Counted from the first letter of the stretch, positions 15,337 to 25,172 are shown. The stretch is 26,744 nt of DNA from a virus (IMGVR_UViG_3300033406_000242:1-26744), one strand, 5' to 3'. Translations and numbers: made by a program. Notes: a model not told the origin generated them from the sequence alone.

Positions 15337-15362
15337 CTTTTTAAACGAGGAGGAAGAACCAA

Positions 15363-15821
15363 ATGATAAATGAAGAATTAAATAAACAATATAATGTATA
15401 TGATGAAGCTATAGTTTTTAAATCAGTATTTGGCATAGACGTTGATTCTGACGTATATAAAGTAGCTACTTCTTTACGTGAAATGGTTAATAAACAAGTT
15501 GAGGAATATTCAAAAATTCTATTTCTTGAAAAATGGTTAGAATTGTCCGAACAAGAAAAGGAAGAAATTATAACTAAGGTTATTTTTGAACTACCATCTG
15601 AATTACATAAATATTTTTCAAAATCAATAGAAGAATCATTGGGTATTGTGTTAGATGCTGTTAAGTTTATTACATACTATATACATACAAACCCACTAAT
15701 TTTGAATAAAACAGAAACAAACTGTATGCATAGTTTATGTTTAGAAGTAATTAAATATAAGCAAAATCCTAACTATTATGAAGAAAAACCGGAGTTTGAA
15801 CGCTCTTACCTTTCATATTAA
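15363..15821 (+). CDS. Hypothetical protein, 152 aa (AT-rich cassette)
   Basis: RBS GAGGAGG. Confidence 0.75.
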   Translation: MINEELNKQYNVYDEAIVFKSVFGIDVDSDVYKVATSLREMVNKQVEEYSKILFLEKWLELSEQEKEEIITKVIFELPSELHKYFSKSIEESLGIVLDAVKFITYYIHTNPLILNKTETNCMHSLCLEVIKYKQNPNYYEEKPEFERSYLSY

Positions 15822-15834
15822 GGGGTTGAACCAA

Positions 15835-16134
15835 ATGAAATTTGATTTAATGAATGAAGATATTAAAGTAGAGGTATTAAAGAAAGTTACAAAGTCTAGT
15901 ACTCAAATTATGTTTAATTTACATAATGAGCAACTACAAGGTTATTCATACTATATGAATGTTGAAAATGGTTATTGTGATACATCAGAAAAGAAAAATG
16001 AATATTTTGCATTTTTACTTATGTATTGTCTTAGAAATCTCACAGGAGAAGAACAGGCAGAGTTTATAAAAGCATTGCTAATACACGCTTTAAAACACCC
16101 AACAATAGAGGGTATTTTAGAGTTAAAGGATTGA
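15835..16134 (+). CDS. Hypothetical protein, 99 aa
   Basis: RBS AAGGGG before ATG 15835. Confidence 0.7.
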   Translation: MKFDLMNEDIKVEVLKKVTKSSTQIMFNLHNEQLQGYSYYMNVENGYCDTSEKKNEYFAFLLMYCLRNLTGEEQAEFIKALLIHALKHPTIEGILELKD

Positions 16135-16140
16135 ATTAAT

Positions 16141-16539
16141 ATGAACAGAATACTTGAAACATATTATAAATGGGTAAATGATTATAATTTAAATGATTAT
16201 TTATCTGAAAGTGAAAAGAAAAAAGCATTTTTATGTGATGTTATTTTAGATATGACTACTTATGATATGGGTATATCTATTGAAATAGGTGAAATGGTAT
16301 TAGAAACACTAATACAAATTAAAAATAGAACTACCTTTGAATACATAAAAGATGCAACAAATTATAAAAACTATATTTTGTCGTGTCAATTTATAATGGA
16401 CTGGCTTAACTGGGGCACTTCTATTCGTGGTGCTTGGTTTGATACATTTGAAGGTGTTATTGGGCATGCCTGTGGTGAACCAATATTATTAACTGAGGAT
16501 TTAATAAATCCTTTTATTGATTGGTTACAAAGTAAATAA
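16141..16539 (+). CDS. Hypothetical protein, 132 aa (WGTSIRGAWF motif)
   Basis: Operon spacing; RBS AAGGA. Confidence 0.75.
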   Translation: MNRILETYYKWVNDYNLNDYLSESEKKKAFLCDVILDMTTYDMGISIEIGEMVLETLIQIKNRTTFEYIKDATNYKNYILSCQFIMDWLNWGTSIRGAWFDTFEGVIGHACGEPILLTEDLINPFIDWLQSK

Positions 16540-16560
16540 AATTGAATTAAGTATAGACAG

Positions 16561-16613
16561 ATAGAGCCTTGAGCCAGTTGTTTTGAACAATTGGGTATCA
16601 AGGCTCTATTTTT
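16561..16613 (+). terminator. Long intrinsic terminator
   Basis: ATAGAGCCTTGA ... TCAAGGCTCTAT with inner CCAGTTGTT/AACAATTGG stem and a T-tract. Confidence 0.75.
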
Positions 16614-16672
16614 ATAAGAAAAACAGAATAATTTTATGGTGTCTATATGGTAGGCATAAGGGGGTTTTGGTA

Positions 16673-17140
16673 ATGAGGGAAACCTTACAGCACCGAGATG
16701 CCTTTGAAGCTTACTACAAGATGGGTACTAACCGTAGCTGCACCAAAGTAGCAACTAAAGTGGGTGTAAAACCTGAGACGGTTGAAAAGTGGAGTAAAGA
16801 ACTTCAATGGCAGCAACGGGTAGAAGATAGAGATAAAGAAATAGCAGACAGGGTAGCAAAAAAGAACATTGAAGAAGATATTGACACGAGGTTAATTCTC
16901 AATAAGGCAATTAACAAAAGTGTTCATATATACATAACTATGGTAGATGGTAAGACAAGCATAGACTTGGATACAGTAAAGATTTTGGACAGTCTGGTTA
17001 ATAGCCATATAAAGCTTACACCTGTAGAAGTTAAAGCTGAAAGCGTTGGTACAAAGGCCGAAGCCGTCAACAATGAGACTTCTGACACTATGAATCAAAT
17101 TGATGCAAGCCTGCAAGCCTTAAAGGGTGGTGCAAACTAA
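16673..17140 (+). CDS. Terminase small subunit (putative), 155 aa
   Basis: N-terminal HTH (AFEAY...RSCTKVATKVGVKPETVEKW..W); stop coupled to the TerL start. Confidence 0.75.
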   Translation: MRETLQHRDAFEAYYKMGTNRSCTKVATKVGVKPETVEKWSKELQWQQRVEDRDKEIADRVAKKNIEEDIDTRLILNKAINKSVHIYITMVDGKTSIDLDTVKILDSLVNSHIKLTPVEVKAESVGTKAEAVNNETSDTMNQIDASLQALKGGAN

Positions 17141-18372
17141 TGGAACTACTAAGTAGAAGACAGCTTGAAACCATAGCAACACTAGGAGACACAAGGATAA
17201 CGATTCATTATGGCCCGTATGGTTGCGGAAAAACATTTTGTATTTGTATGGCAGTTGGGTATAAGTGTATGCACTCAGAGCCTCCTAAGGGGGACTCAGT
17301 AATACTTGTAGTAGGTAAAACAGCGCAAGCTGCTAAAAGCAATATATGCAATGTATGGGCATCAATGTATGGCAATAACTTTCAGTATGACAGTAGTAGA
17401 AAAGATGGTTATACCAAGGATGCCACACTATTTGGACACAGAATAAGAATAGTAGGGTTGAATGATAATCTTGCAGAGGCTCGTATTCGTGGTATTAATG
17501 CCTATTGCATTATAGGTGATGAGTTAAGCACTTGGAGTGCTGAAAACTTTGACAAGCTATTAGGTCGTTTAAGGGGTTCATTGCCCTCAGGTTGGTCTTA
17601 TTTCTTTGTGGGTAGTACAAACCCTGACTCCCCTATTCATTGGATTAAAAAGCTTATAGACACTTCTAAAGATATTCTCTTTATTAAGTGGTCTGAATTT
17701 GACAACATAACCTCAAAGTCTCTTGAATACTATACAAATCTTAAAGCACGATACCAAAACAACCCCGCCTATTATGCCCGCTATGTGCTAGGTGAGTGGG
17801 CGGCAGCAGATGGCTTAGTGTACACAAGCTTCAATGAAAATAATCATGTACTTACTAATGAAGAAATTAAAAGAATTCCTCAAAATTCAATAGAAGGTTA
17901 TTGGATTGGTGTTGACTATGGGTTAAGAAATCCATCAGCAATTTTGGTAGGTTGTAAGACTAAGGATAATCAATGGATAGTGATAAAAGAGGAGTATCTC
18001 GTTCAAAATGAAAGTCATCCACAAGAGGTAAATCTTACTGAAATAGGTGAAAAAATATTAAATTTAGCACTAAAGTATAACATTAAAAAGATTTATATTG
18101 ACCCAAGTGCTGCACCAGTAAAGGATACCTTAGATAGGCTGGGTATACAAAATGACCTTTATGAAAATGGTGAAAATCGAGTTAAAGCAGGTATTCAAGT
18201 AGTATTTGACCTATTTTCTACGGATTCACTATTTATCAGCGAAGATTGTAAGGGGTTGCTTTCAGAACTTTATACCTACTGCTACAAGGGTGATGGAACA
18301 GATGCAGTAAAAAAAGATAATGACCACGCGTGCGATGCACTCAGATATATGATTATGGGAGAAAGGGGGTAA
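17140..18372 (+). CDS. Terminase large subunit (PBSX/SPP1-like), 410 aa
   Basis: Walker A GPYGCGKT, Walker B IIGDE, motif III STNP, nuclease GVDYG / DPS / NDHACDALRY. Confidence 0.93.
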   Translation: MELLSRRQLETIATLGDTRITIHYGPYGCGKTFCICMAVGYKCMHSEPPKGDSVILVVGKTAQAAKSNICNVWASMYGNNFQYDSSRKDGYTKDATLFGHRIRIVGLNDNLAEARIRGINAYCIIGDELSTWSAENFDKLLGRLRGSLPSGWSYFFVGSTNPDSPIHWIKKLIDTSKDILFIKWSEFDNITSKSLEYYTNLKARYQNNPAYYARYVLGEWAAADGLVYTSFNENNHVLTNEEIKRIPQNSIEGYWIGVDYGLRNPSAILVGCKTKDNQWIVIKEEYLVQNESHPQEVNLTEIGEKILNLALKYNIKKIYIDPSAAPVKDTLDRLGIQNDLYENGENRVKAGIQVVFDLFSTDSLFISEDCKGLLSELYTYCYKGDGTDAVKKDNDHACDALRYMIMGERG

Positions 18373-18378
18373 AGACAG

Positions 18379-19965
18379 ATGAGTTTAGCTTACATAGGCG
18401 CCGAAGGTAAGAAATCAAATGCTCAGATTTTAAAAGAAGACGATTTCAGTATATATAGCAAGGATGTTTGTGTATGGACTGGTGAGTTTCCGTATAAAAC
18501 TGGTGACCAATTTCCAACAAAAGCTATTAAGGATAGAGCTAATCAGTATAAAACAAATGAAGCCCTTTATGACTGCAATTATGGTCAAATCTATCCTAAT
18601 GTCATTAGCTTTATGGATGTATATAAAAAGGCTTTATCTAACTGGCCAATACTTCAACTACTACCTAACCTCCCCGAGTATAGAGAAATTACGGAAACCA
18701 ATGTAGACCTAATTGCAGCAAAGATGCCAAAAATAGATGGTGAAAAAGCTGAGATAGATTCTTTGAATAAGAGCATAATGGGTAGTAATTTTGGTATATC
18801 GTGGCAAGCAGTAGTCAGAAATTCACAGCAAAAGGGTAATTCAGTAAAAAAGCTAACCATAGTTAATGATAAGCCTAAGATAGTTGAAATGCCTGTGAAA
18901 TGCTGGGAGCCTTGGGTAAACAAATTTGATTCAACTGAAATAGAGTGCAACATCTTTTTTAACATTTATCAAAAAGATAAAGCAAAATTCATTGAGTTTG
19001 TTAGCTATTTACAAGATGGTACAGTTGAGAACCGCACTTTTAATTATGGTTCAGGGCGTATAGGAACACAGATTGGTGACATTGAAGTACATAAAGCTTT
19101 TGAGAATGCTGATATTTCCCCAATTGTTGTATTTACTGGTTGCCCTGATGATACCGGGGTACTTGGAAAAGACCTTTACCGCTACTGGGAAGCCTCCATA
19201 GCTGCCTCAATTCGTGCTTTTGGTACACTTCTTCAACTGCTTGAACGCACAAAGGAAATCACTAAAGTGATGCCCGCTAGTGCAACAACCCGTGATGAAT
19301 CTACTGGTGCAACCTATGATACAGGCTCGGACACTATATTGTATGACGATATAGAACACCCCGCTAAGGTTGAATATGTATCACCAACACTAGATGTAGC
19401 AGGTGCACTAAGCATATATGAACTTACAGTTAAGAGGGTAAGCCGTGATACATCCTTAGCTTTTGCAATGTTTGACACAAAAGAGTTAGGCAACAATGCA
19501 AGCGGTAAAGCTTTAAAGGTTGCAATGTACAAGTCAGAATTAAGGGCAAAATCTTTTATTACTTCTCTAATGGGTAGTCTTAAAGAACTCATATATAAGT
19601 TTGCAATTCTAAGTGGTATTGACATTGAATTATCTGATTTTTCCGTAATTTGTGATTTTGGATTTATCTCAGATGCAGAGGAAGAAACAAGAATTGTTCA
19701 GTCAAGGTTAGGAAATCAGCCAACAATGACACTTGAAGAAGCTATTGCAAAACTGGATGACTTAACTACATATGAGGCACAGAAAAAAGCTAATTCAATC
19801 CGTGGTGTACAAAGTACCGAGGACCTAGAAGATAAGCCAATAACACCAGTTGTAACATTAGAAGTAGCATTAACACAAGGTTCTGAGGAAGTAGATAAGG
19901 ACAATCAGTATGTAACTGGTGATGTTAATGCGGTATATCCCTTAGGAGGTGATGGCATTGGGTAA
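18379..19965 (+). CDS. Portal protein (SPP1/A118-like), 528 aa
   Basis: Position after TerL, size, ASGKALK motif and acidic tail. Confidence 0.8.
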   Translation: MSLAYIGAEGKKSNAQILKEDDFSIYSKDVCVWTGEFPYKTGDQFPTKAIKDRANQYKTNEALYDCNYGQIYPNVISFMDVYKKALSNWPILQLLPNLPEYREITETNVDLIAAKMPKIDGEKAEIDSLNKSIMGSNFGISWQAVVRNSQQKGNSVKKLTIVNDKPKIVEMPVKCWEPWVNKFDSTEIECNIFFNIYQKDKAKFIEFVSYLQDGTVENRTFNYGSGRIGTQIGDIEVHKAFENADISPIVVFTGCPDDTGVLGKDLYRYWEASIAASIRAFGTLLQLLERTKEITKVMPASATTRDESTGATYDTGSDTILYDDIEHPAKVEYVSPTLDVAGALSIYELTVKRVSRDTSLAFAMFDTKELGNNASGKALKVAMYKSELRAKSFITSLMGSLKELIYKFAILSGIDIELSDFSVICDFGFISDAEEETRIVQSRLGNQPTMTLEEAIAKLDDLTTYEAQKKANSIRGVQSTEDLEDKPITPVVTLEVALTQGSEEVDKDNQYVTGDVNAVYPLGGDGIG

Positions 19966-20995
19966 AAAGTTTAAATTTTATCAGATAGAGCATAGTGATA
20001 TGTTTGGACCGCCATCCAATGAAGATTTTGCTCTTATAAAAGAGTTTCTTAAATCTGAGGATATTATACAAGATTGTATTTTTGTTTACCCTGTAAAGCT
20101 ATGTGATAGCTTACCTGATAGAGATGGTGAGTGCTTTGCAGCTAAAGCTTTAGAGAGTGTAAAAACTCTTGTTGTAGGTAAACCGGGTATCAAGAATCAC
20201 GATTGGACATCTGACAATATTCACAGCCGAATATATAAGGCTGAAATAGAAGTGCAAGAAGATTGTACTTGTGTTGTTGGGTATGCTTACACAGTTGTAA
20301 CAGGCTCTACAGAGAGCCTTATACAAGATATAAAGTCAGGTCTGTTAAACGAGGTCAGTTTAGGTTTTAGTGCAGTATCTTACACTAAATTAGATACTGG
20401 AATACAACAAATAGATGATGTGAATGACGTTTACGAATGGTCATTTGTTGCCGTTCCGGCACAACCAAAGGCTGGTGTAGTAAAAGGACTAGAACAAAAT
20501 GAGAATGACAAGGGGGTAAAAACTATGGATTTTGAGGTAAAGTGCAAAGAACTTGAAGCTGATATAGCTACAAAGTCATTAAAGCTGAAAGAACTTGAGG
20601 AAGACCTTGAAAAAAAGTCAGTAAGAATCAAGGAACTAGAAGACGCTGTGATAGATAGTGCAATAGCATCAGCAGTTGCAGAGGTTCTTACTGGATTAGT
20701 ACCAAAGGGAGACAAGGCAGCTGAGATAGCTGATAGAGTAGCAAGAGAGGGTATTTCCGTTGATGATAACGGCGATATTCAGGGTATTGCAGAAGCCAAA
20801 GCGTGCTTAAAGTCAGATTATCCTTTTCTTTTTGAGGATGAAAAGCCTGATGAGGAAGAGAAGTCTGAGGAAGAGCCAAAGTCAGAGGATGCTAAAGAAG
20901 AAGAAACAGAAGTGAAATCAAAAGCTTTTATTGTTGACAATATAGTTAAGAAACAAGCTAAAAAGCCAGATTTTACATATATTCCAAATAAATAA
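19958..20995 (+). CDS. Prohead protease-scaffold fusion (start may be 19952 or 19958)
   Basis: DRDGE..., NHDW, EVSLGF and EWSFVAVPAQP of HK97-type (S78) proteases, followed by an acidic coiled coil; RBS AGGAGG at 19944. Confidence 0.8.
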   Translation: MGKKFKFYQIEHSDMFGPPSNEDFALIKEFLKSEDIIQDCIFVYPVKLCDSLPDRDGECFAAKALESVKTLVVGKPGIKNHDWTSDNIHSRIYKAEIEVQEDCTCVVGYAYTVVTGSTESLIQDIKSGLLNEVSLGFSAVSYTKLDTGIQQIDDVNDVYEWSFVAVPAQPKAGVVKGLEQNENDKGVKTMDFEVKCKELEADIATKSLKLKELEEDLEKKSVRIKELEDAVIDSAIASAVAEVLTGLVPKGDKAAEIADRVAREGISVDDNGDIQGIAEAKACLKSDYPFLFEDEKPDEEEKSEEEPKSEDAKEEETEVKSKAFIVDNIVKKQAKKPDFTYIPNK

Positions 20996-21032
20996 TTAAA
21001 CAAATTAAAGAAATTAATGGAGGTACATTATT

Positions 21033-22085
21033 ATGGCAACTACAGTTATAGAAGCTGCAAAAGCTTATTCCGGTGCAGTGGTTAGAGAACCACTGGTAAA
21101 TAGTGTTTATAGTCTTTTAGTTGACCCTACCAAGGTCCGTTATTCCAAGTATGGTAAGGAAACATTAGTTAGAGAAATCAAGGGTGGTAAAGCATCCAAC
21201 TACGACAAAGCAAAGGGCTTTCAGTCTGCAGGTTCTGCAGGTTCTGCATCTTGGGTATCTTACACAGCACCTTACGACAGAGAAATGACCTTTGTTGCAG
21301 ATGCTATGGATGAATACAATGCTATTGTTGAGGGTTTTGAACTTTCTGGCGTTGCAGTAGCAAAGCAGAATATGGTAGCAATGGGTGCAGAAATTGATGC
21401 AACCACAGCAGCTGCCCTTTATAGTGCAGTACCTTCCGCAAATGTCTTTACCTCAACGACTATGCCAATAGATAAAGCAAATGTCTTTACTACTCTGACA
21501 GCTATTGAAGCTAAGATTTTTAATGCTGGTTATACTGGCGATAGCTTTGTGTTTGCAAGAGCAACTGCTTATTCCAATATTGTAGCAGCATTGTTATCTA
21601 ACAATGCTCTGGCAAATGAGCAGGTTCTGAAGTACACCCCTGTAGGTGGAATGGAACTAGAGACCCGCATAATTAAATACAATAACCTTGTTATTGTAAG
21701 AGTTCCAGACAACAGACACTATACAGAAGTAACCCTTTTAGATGGTCTTTCTGCTGGTCAGGAAGATGGTGGTTATGTTGCTGGTACTACTGCTGCATAC
21801 ATAGACTTTTTAGTAGTTCCTGCTCCTGCTGCTAACTTATCCATTAGGCATGTAGTTGCTAACTTGTTAGTTCCTATGGCTTATATGGAGGGTTTAAATA
21901 CTGGTTCTTTAAACATTGAGTTAGGTGGAGTAAATGAGCTGACTGGTAATATGGTGTCATTCCAAAATGTTGGTGTAAATCAGAAGGGTGATGGCTTTGA
22001 GTATCAGACCCGTTTGGTCTATGGCCCTATTGCTTACAACATCTGGAAAAAGACTTTGTTTGCAGTAACCACAGCAATAGTTTAA
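21033..22085 (+). CDS. Major capsid protein, 350 aa
   Basis: Position and size; DREMTF.ADAMD and AEIDA motifs of Firmicute phage capsids; strong RBS; downstream terminator. Confidence 0.85.
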   Translation: MATTVIEAAKAYSGAVVREPLVNSVYSLLVDPTKVRYSKYGKETLVREIKGGKASNYDKAKGFQSAGSAGSASWVSYTAPYDREMTFVADAMDEYNAIVEGFELSGVAVAKQNMVAMGAEIDATTAAALYSAVPSANVFTSTTMPIDKANVFTTLTAIEAKIFNAGYTGDSFVFARATAYSNIVAALLSNNALANEQVLKYTPVGGMELETRIIKYNNLVIVRVPDNRHYTEVTLLDGLSAGQEDGGYVAGTTAAYIDFLVVPAPAANLSIRHVVANLLVPMAYMEGLNTGSLNIELGGVNELTGNMVSFQNVGVNQKGDGFEYQTRLVYGPIAYNIWKKTLFAVTTAIV

Positions 22086-22091
22086 TCAATA

Positions 22092-22119
22092 AGGGGAGGT
22101 AATCCCTCCCCTATTTTTT
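22092..22119 (+). terminator. Terminator after MCP
   Basis: AGGGGAGG-TAATC-CCTCCCCT then ATTTTTT. Confidence 0.75.
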
Positions 22120-22138
22120 AAAAAAAGGGGGACTTATT

Positions 22139-22375
22139 ATGTTTGTAAAAGTTATTGCAAATGGTGTAACACAATATATTTCACGCACTAAAACCGAGAT
22201 GATAGCTAGTTTAAAATCAGCATATGACTTTGCGATTGAACTAGATGATAATGGTGATTTTAAAATTTACTCTGATGATGAAGTGAAAGCTATTTTATGC
22301 CCAACAAAAGAAGTGCAGGCAGACCTAGCAGAAGCTTTGGGTATGAAGAAAACTACAAAGAAGTCCACAAAGTAA
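22139..22375 (+). CDS. Small hypothetical head-module protein, 78 aa
   Basis: RBS AAGGGGG; basic C-terminus. Confidence 0.7.
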   Translation: MFVKVIANGVTQYISRTKTEMIASLKSAYDFAIELDDNGDFKIYSDDEVKAILCPTKEVQADLAEALGMKKTTKKSTK

Positions 22376-22388
22376 GGGGTGACACACT

Positions 22389-22958
22389 ATGGCAACGTTG
22401 AGTGTAAATGTAAACAGTTATGTCACCTTAGAAGAAGCTGATACTTTTGTTGAAAATAATTATATGTCAATGTCTGCTGAGTATGTTAAATGGAATGAAC
22501 TTACAGATAACGACAAAATTGTAGCACTTACTTCTTCAGCAACAGCCTTGAATAATCTGCGTTACAAAGGTCAAAAGAAAATAAAAGGACAACTTTTAGC
22601 TTTTCCCCGTGTGTATCGCTTGGGCGTAGGATTTGGAATTGGGTATATTCCGTATGTCTCTCAGTATGTTGATTCCTCATTATATGAGGGCGTATCTTCC
22701 TCAGATTGTGGTTACACCTCAGCAAAAGAGGCACAGATTGTGAATGCAGTAGCTGGGGTTGCTGTGGATGCAGACCTAATATCAGATGTGCGTCAAAGGA
22801 CAGTACAGGCTATAAAGAGCGAGAGTATAGGCAAAGTAAGCAAATCTTATGATATAGACTCACCCCGCACCAAAAATATTATGCGTGGCATCTATGACTA
22901 TGACAGAGTTACTTATATTTTAAACGGTTGGCTGACCGACAGTGTTTTCAGTCTATAA
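22389..22958 (+). CDS. Head-tail adaptor (DnaT-like/NSY family), 189 aa
   Basis: NSYVTLEEAD, YKG....Q.LAFPR and KSESIG.VS.SY motifs. Confidence 0.75.
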   Translation: MATLSVNVNSYVTLEEADTFVENNYMSMSAEYVKWNELTDNDKIVALTSSATALNNLRYKGQKKIKGQLLAFPRVYRLGVGFGIGYIPYVSQYVDSSLYEGVSSSDCGYTSAKEAQIVNAVAGVAVDADLISDVRQRTVQAIKSESIGKVSKSYDIDSPRTKNIMRGIYDYDRVTYILNGWLTDSVFSL

Positions 22959-22980
22959 AGAGAGAATTGGGGTGAGGTGA

Positions 22981-23505
22981 ATGGTTTCAAAAATTTGTGA
23001 TGGATGCTTGGCAGTACTTGCAGTCATAGGAGCCGGGTTAGGCTGGTTCGTTGGTGGATTTGATGGCAGTATAATAGCACTTCTGATAATGATGTTAGTA
23101 GATATTGTCCTTGGTGTAATGTATGCCTTTCTTACAAAGACGCTCAGTAAGAAAAAAGCATTTAGAGGTGGTCTTAAAAAGGTTGCAATCTTTACATTAG
23201 TTGGTGTTTGCTCAATATTGGACCGTTATGTACTTAATACAGGTGACACACTAAAAGTGTGCTTTACCTTTTATTCAGTTGGTGTAGAGGGTTTGAGCAT
23301 TATAGGACACGCTGAGGATTTGGGTATACCTATCCCCGCAAAAATAAAAGAAGCTCTTGAAAAATTAAAAGAAGAAAATGAAACTACCACAACTACTACA
23401 TTATCTGATACTGCTGATACAGTTGTAGACGAGGTTACAGAGGTTGTAGAGGAAGATACCACTACTGATACCACAGCCACAGATGACAGCACAGCAGCAC
23501 AGTAA
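22981..23505 (+). CDS. Holin (phage holin family 4 / TcdE-like) with acidic Thr-rich tail, 174 aa
   Basis: GG.D...ALL.MM.VD...G, G..KK and EGLSII.H...LGIPIP motifs; 3 TM segments. Confidence 0.85.
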   Translation: MVSKICDGCLAVLAVIGAGLGWFVGGFDGSIIALLIMMLVDIVLGVMYAFLTKTLSKKKAFRGGLKKVAIFTLVGVCSILDRYVLNTGDTLKVCFTFYSVGVEGLSIIGHAEDLGIPIPAKIKEALEKLKEENETTTTTTLSDTADTVVDEVTEVVEEDTTTDTTATDDSTAAQ

Positions 23506-23520
23506 GGGGGGGTAACAGCA

Positions 23521-23823
23521 ATGTATCTAAAAGGATATTTTAGAACTGAAATTACATATAAGCCTTTGCTAGATACAGCTAATGATATGAACCTCCCAAA
23601 CTATGGAAGTGAAATCAAGCTAAAAGTAAGGGCAGATGGTCAAGTGGGTCAAAAGTATAGAGGTAATGAGCTAGTTAATTCAAGTGATTATGTCTATGTC
23701 ACAGATTACCCAATGGTTAAAGGCTCAGAAGTTAATGGGTACCCTGTAAAGATAGTATCCCCTGTGCTTAACCTCAACGGCAGTATAGACCACTATGAGG
23801 TTGTAGTTGGCAGTAATGGGTAG
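23521..23823 (+). CDS. Head-closure / stopper protein (putative), 100 aa
   Basis: Beta-rich; C-terminal G.IDHYEV; position in module. Confidence 0.6.
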   Translation: MYLKGYFRTEITYKPLLDTANDMNLPNYGSEIKLKVRADGQVGQKYRGNELVNSSDYVYVTDYPMVKGSEVNGYPVKIVSPVLNLNGSIDHYEVVVGSNG

Positions 23824-23832
23824 GTGGTCTTT

Positions 23833-24291
23833 ATGCAGGTTAAGGTAGATATTTCAAGTTTAACCGAACAAGCCATTAAACAAATTAAGTATAAACGCTT
23901 TGTAGATGAATTTTTAACTGATGCTGACAAAATGATTATAATTCAGCAGATTGCTCTTAGCACTTACATAAAGGCTCAGTTGCTCGTTCCGGTAGAGACT
24001 GGGGCATTAAAGGCATCGGGAGCAATGAGTATTACTAGCAACGGTGCAGAGATAGCCTACAACGAGCCGTATGGCGGCTATGTCCACGAGGTAATGTACA
24101 GACACCACCGCAAGCCTACACAGGCTAAATGGCTATTTGACAGCTTCGTAGACACCTTGAAAGATATGATATTGGTTTATGGTAGTGCAAACATCCCTGC
24201 ATTTTCAATTGATTTTGAATATCAACCTATTTTAAAAATGACATTATCACTTGATAACACAATTGGTAAGGATTGGAGGAGTTTTTTATGA
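23833..24291 (+). CDS. HK97 gp10-like neck/tail-completion protein, 152 aa
   Basis: VPVETGALKAS, Y..PYG.YVHE and AKWL motifs. Confidence 0.7.
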   Translation: MQVKVDISSLTEQAIKQIKYKRFVDEFLTDADKMIIIQQIALSTYIKAQLLVPVETGALKASGAMSITSNGAEIAYNEPYGGYVHEVMYRHHRKPTQAKWLFDSFVDTLKDMILVYGSANIPAFSIDFEYQPILKMTLSLDNTIGKDWRSFL

Positions 24292-24698
24292 CAAGCAAAT
24301 ACAAGCTATTATTTAACTACATAAAGACACTTCTCCCTGCTGATTACATAATCACATTTGGCACACAAGATATTAACAAAGAAAACACAATAGGTGTATT
24401 TTTCAAGGGTGGTATACCAGAAAACCGTGTTATAACAACCGGGGAGTATTTGATAAAGACAGCAAGCATCACTTTTAATGTGAATAGTAAAAAAGATTAT
24501 AACAGCGTTATGGAATGTATGACAATGCTAGAAGCTTTGAAAACAGCATTAGATACATCACACGACATTGAACATACAGAGGGTATAGATAGTGTGTATA
24601 TAGCCTATTTTGAAGCCTTTGGTGACATCAATCAACTTGGTTTTAACGAAATGGGTATACCTGTTTTCTCGTTAAACTATATAGCAAAATACAATTAA
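24288..24698 (+). CDS. Tail terminator (putative), 136 aa
   Basis: ATGA overlap with the previous gene; LG.NE.G.P.FS.NY C-terminus; position before the tail tube. Confidence 0.6.
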   Translation: MTSKYKLLFNYIKTLLPADYIITFGTQDINKENTIGVFFKGGIPENRVITTGEYLIKTASITFNVNSKKDYNSVMECMTMLEALKTALDTSHDIEHTEGIDSVYIAYFEAFGDINQLGFNEMGIPVFSLNYIAKYN

Positions 24699-24724
24699 CA
24701 CAGAAATATAAGGAGGTTTTTATT

Positions 24725-25162
24725 ATGGCATTTACAGTACCAGTTACTAATATAGGCTTTGATTTGCTTGTGGGTATAGCAGGCACACAGCCTACCACCT
24801 CAGCAGGTAGCATCAAGTCAGCACCTAGCATTGAGTACACACGCAACACAGCTAAGTTTAACCCTATCAATGGAGACGGTTTTGCTCAGATAATCCCTTT
24901 GTTCTATGAGGGACAAGCAGCTACTTTCGAGATTTATATGGGTGATGGTACAGGTTACACAACCGTAGAGACCGCATTTTTAAGTGATTCAGGTGCAGTT
25001 TCCATTGCTCTGAAGTATCCAACTGTGGGTACTCTTAAAAATCATTGGTATAACGGTGTAATTTCTAAATTGAAGAAGTCCGATGGTACAGAGCCAGAGG
25101 CAGCTTACTTTAGCTTTGAGTTTACACCATCCGGTGCACCACAAGAGTTTACAGTAGTTTAA
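24725..25162 (+). CDS. Major tail tube protein, 145 aa
   Basis: Strong RBS AAGGAGG; C-terminal FSFEFTPSGAP; downstream terminator. Confidence 0.75.
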   Translation: MAFTVPVTNIGFDLLVGIAGTQPTTSAGSIKSAPSIEYTRNTAKFNPINGDGFAQIIPLFYEGQAATFEIYMGDGTGYTTVETAFLSDSGAVSIALKYPTVGTLKNHWYNGVISKLKKSDGTEPEAAYFSFEFTPSGAPQEFTVV

Positions 25163-25172
25163 TAAACAGCAG

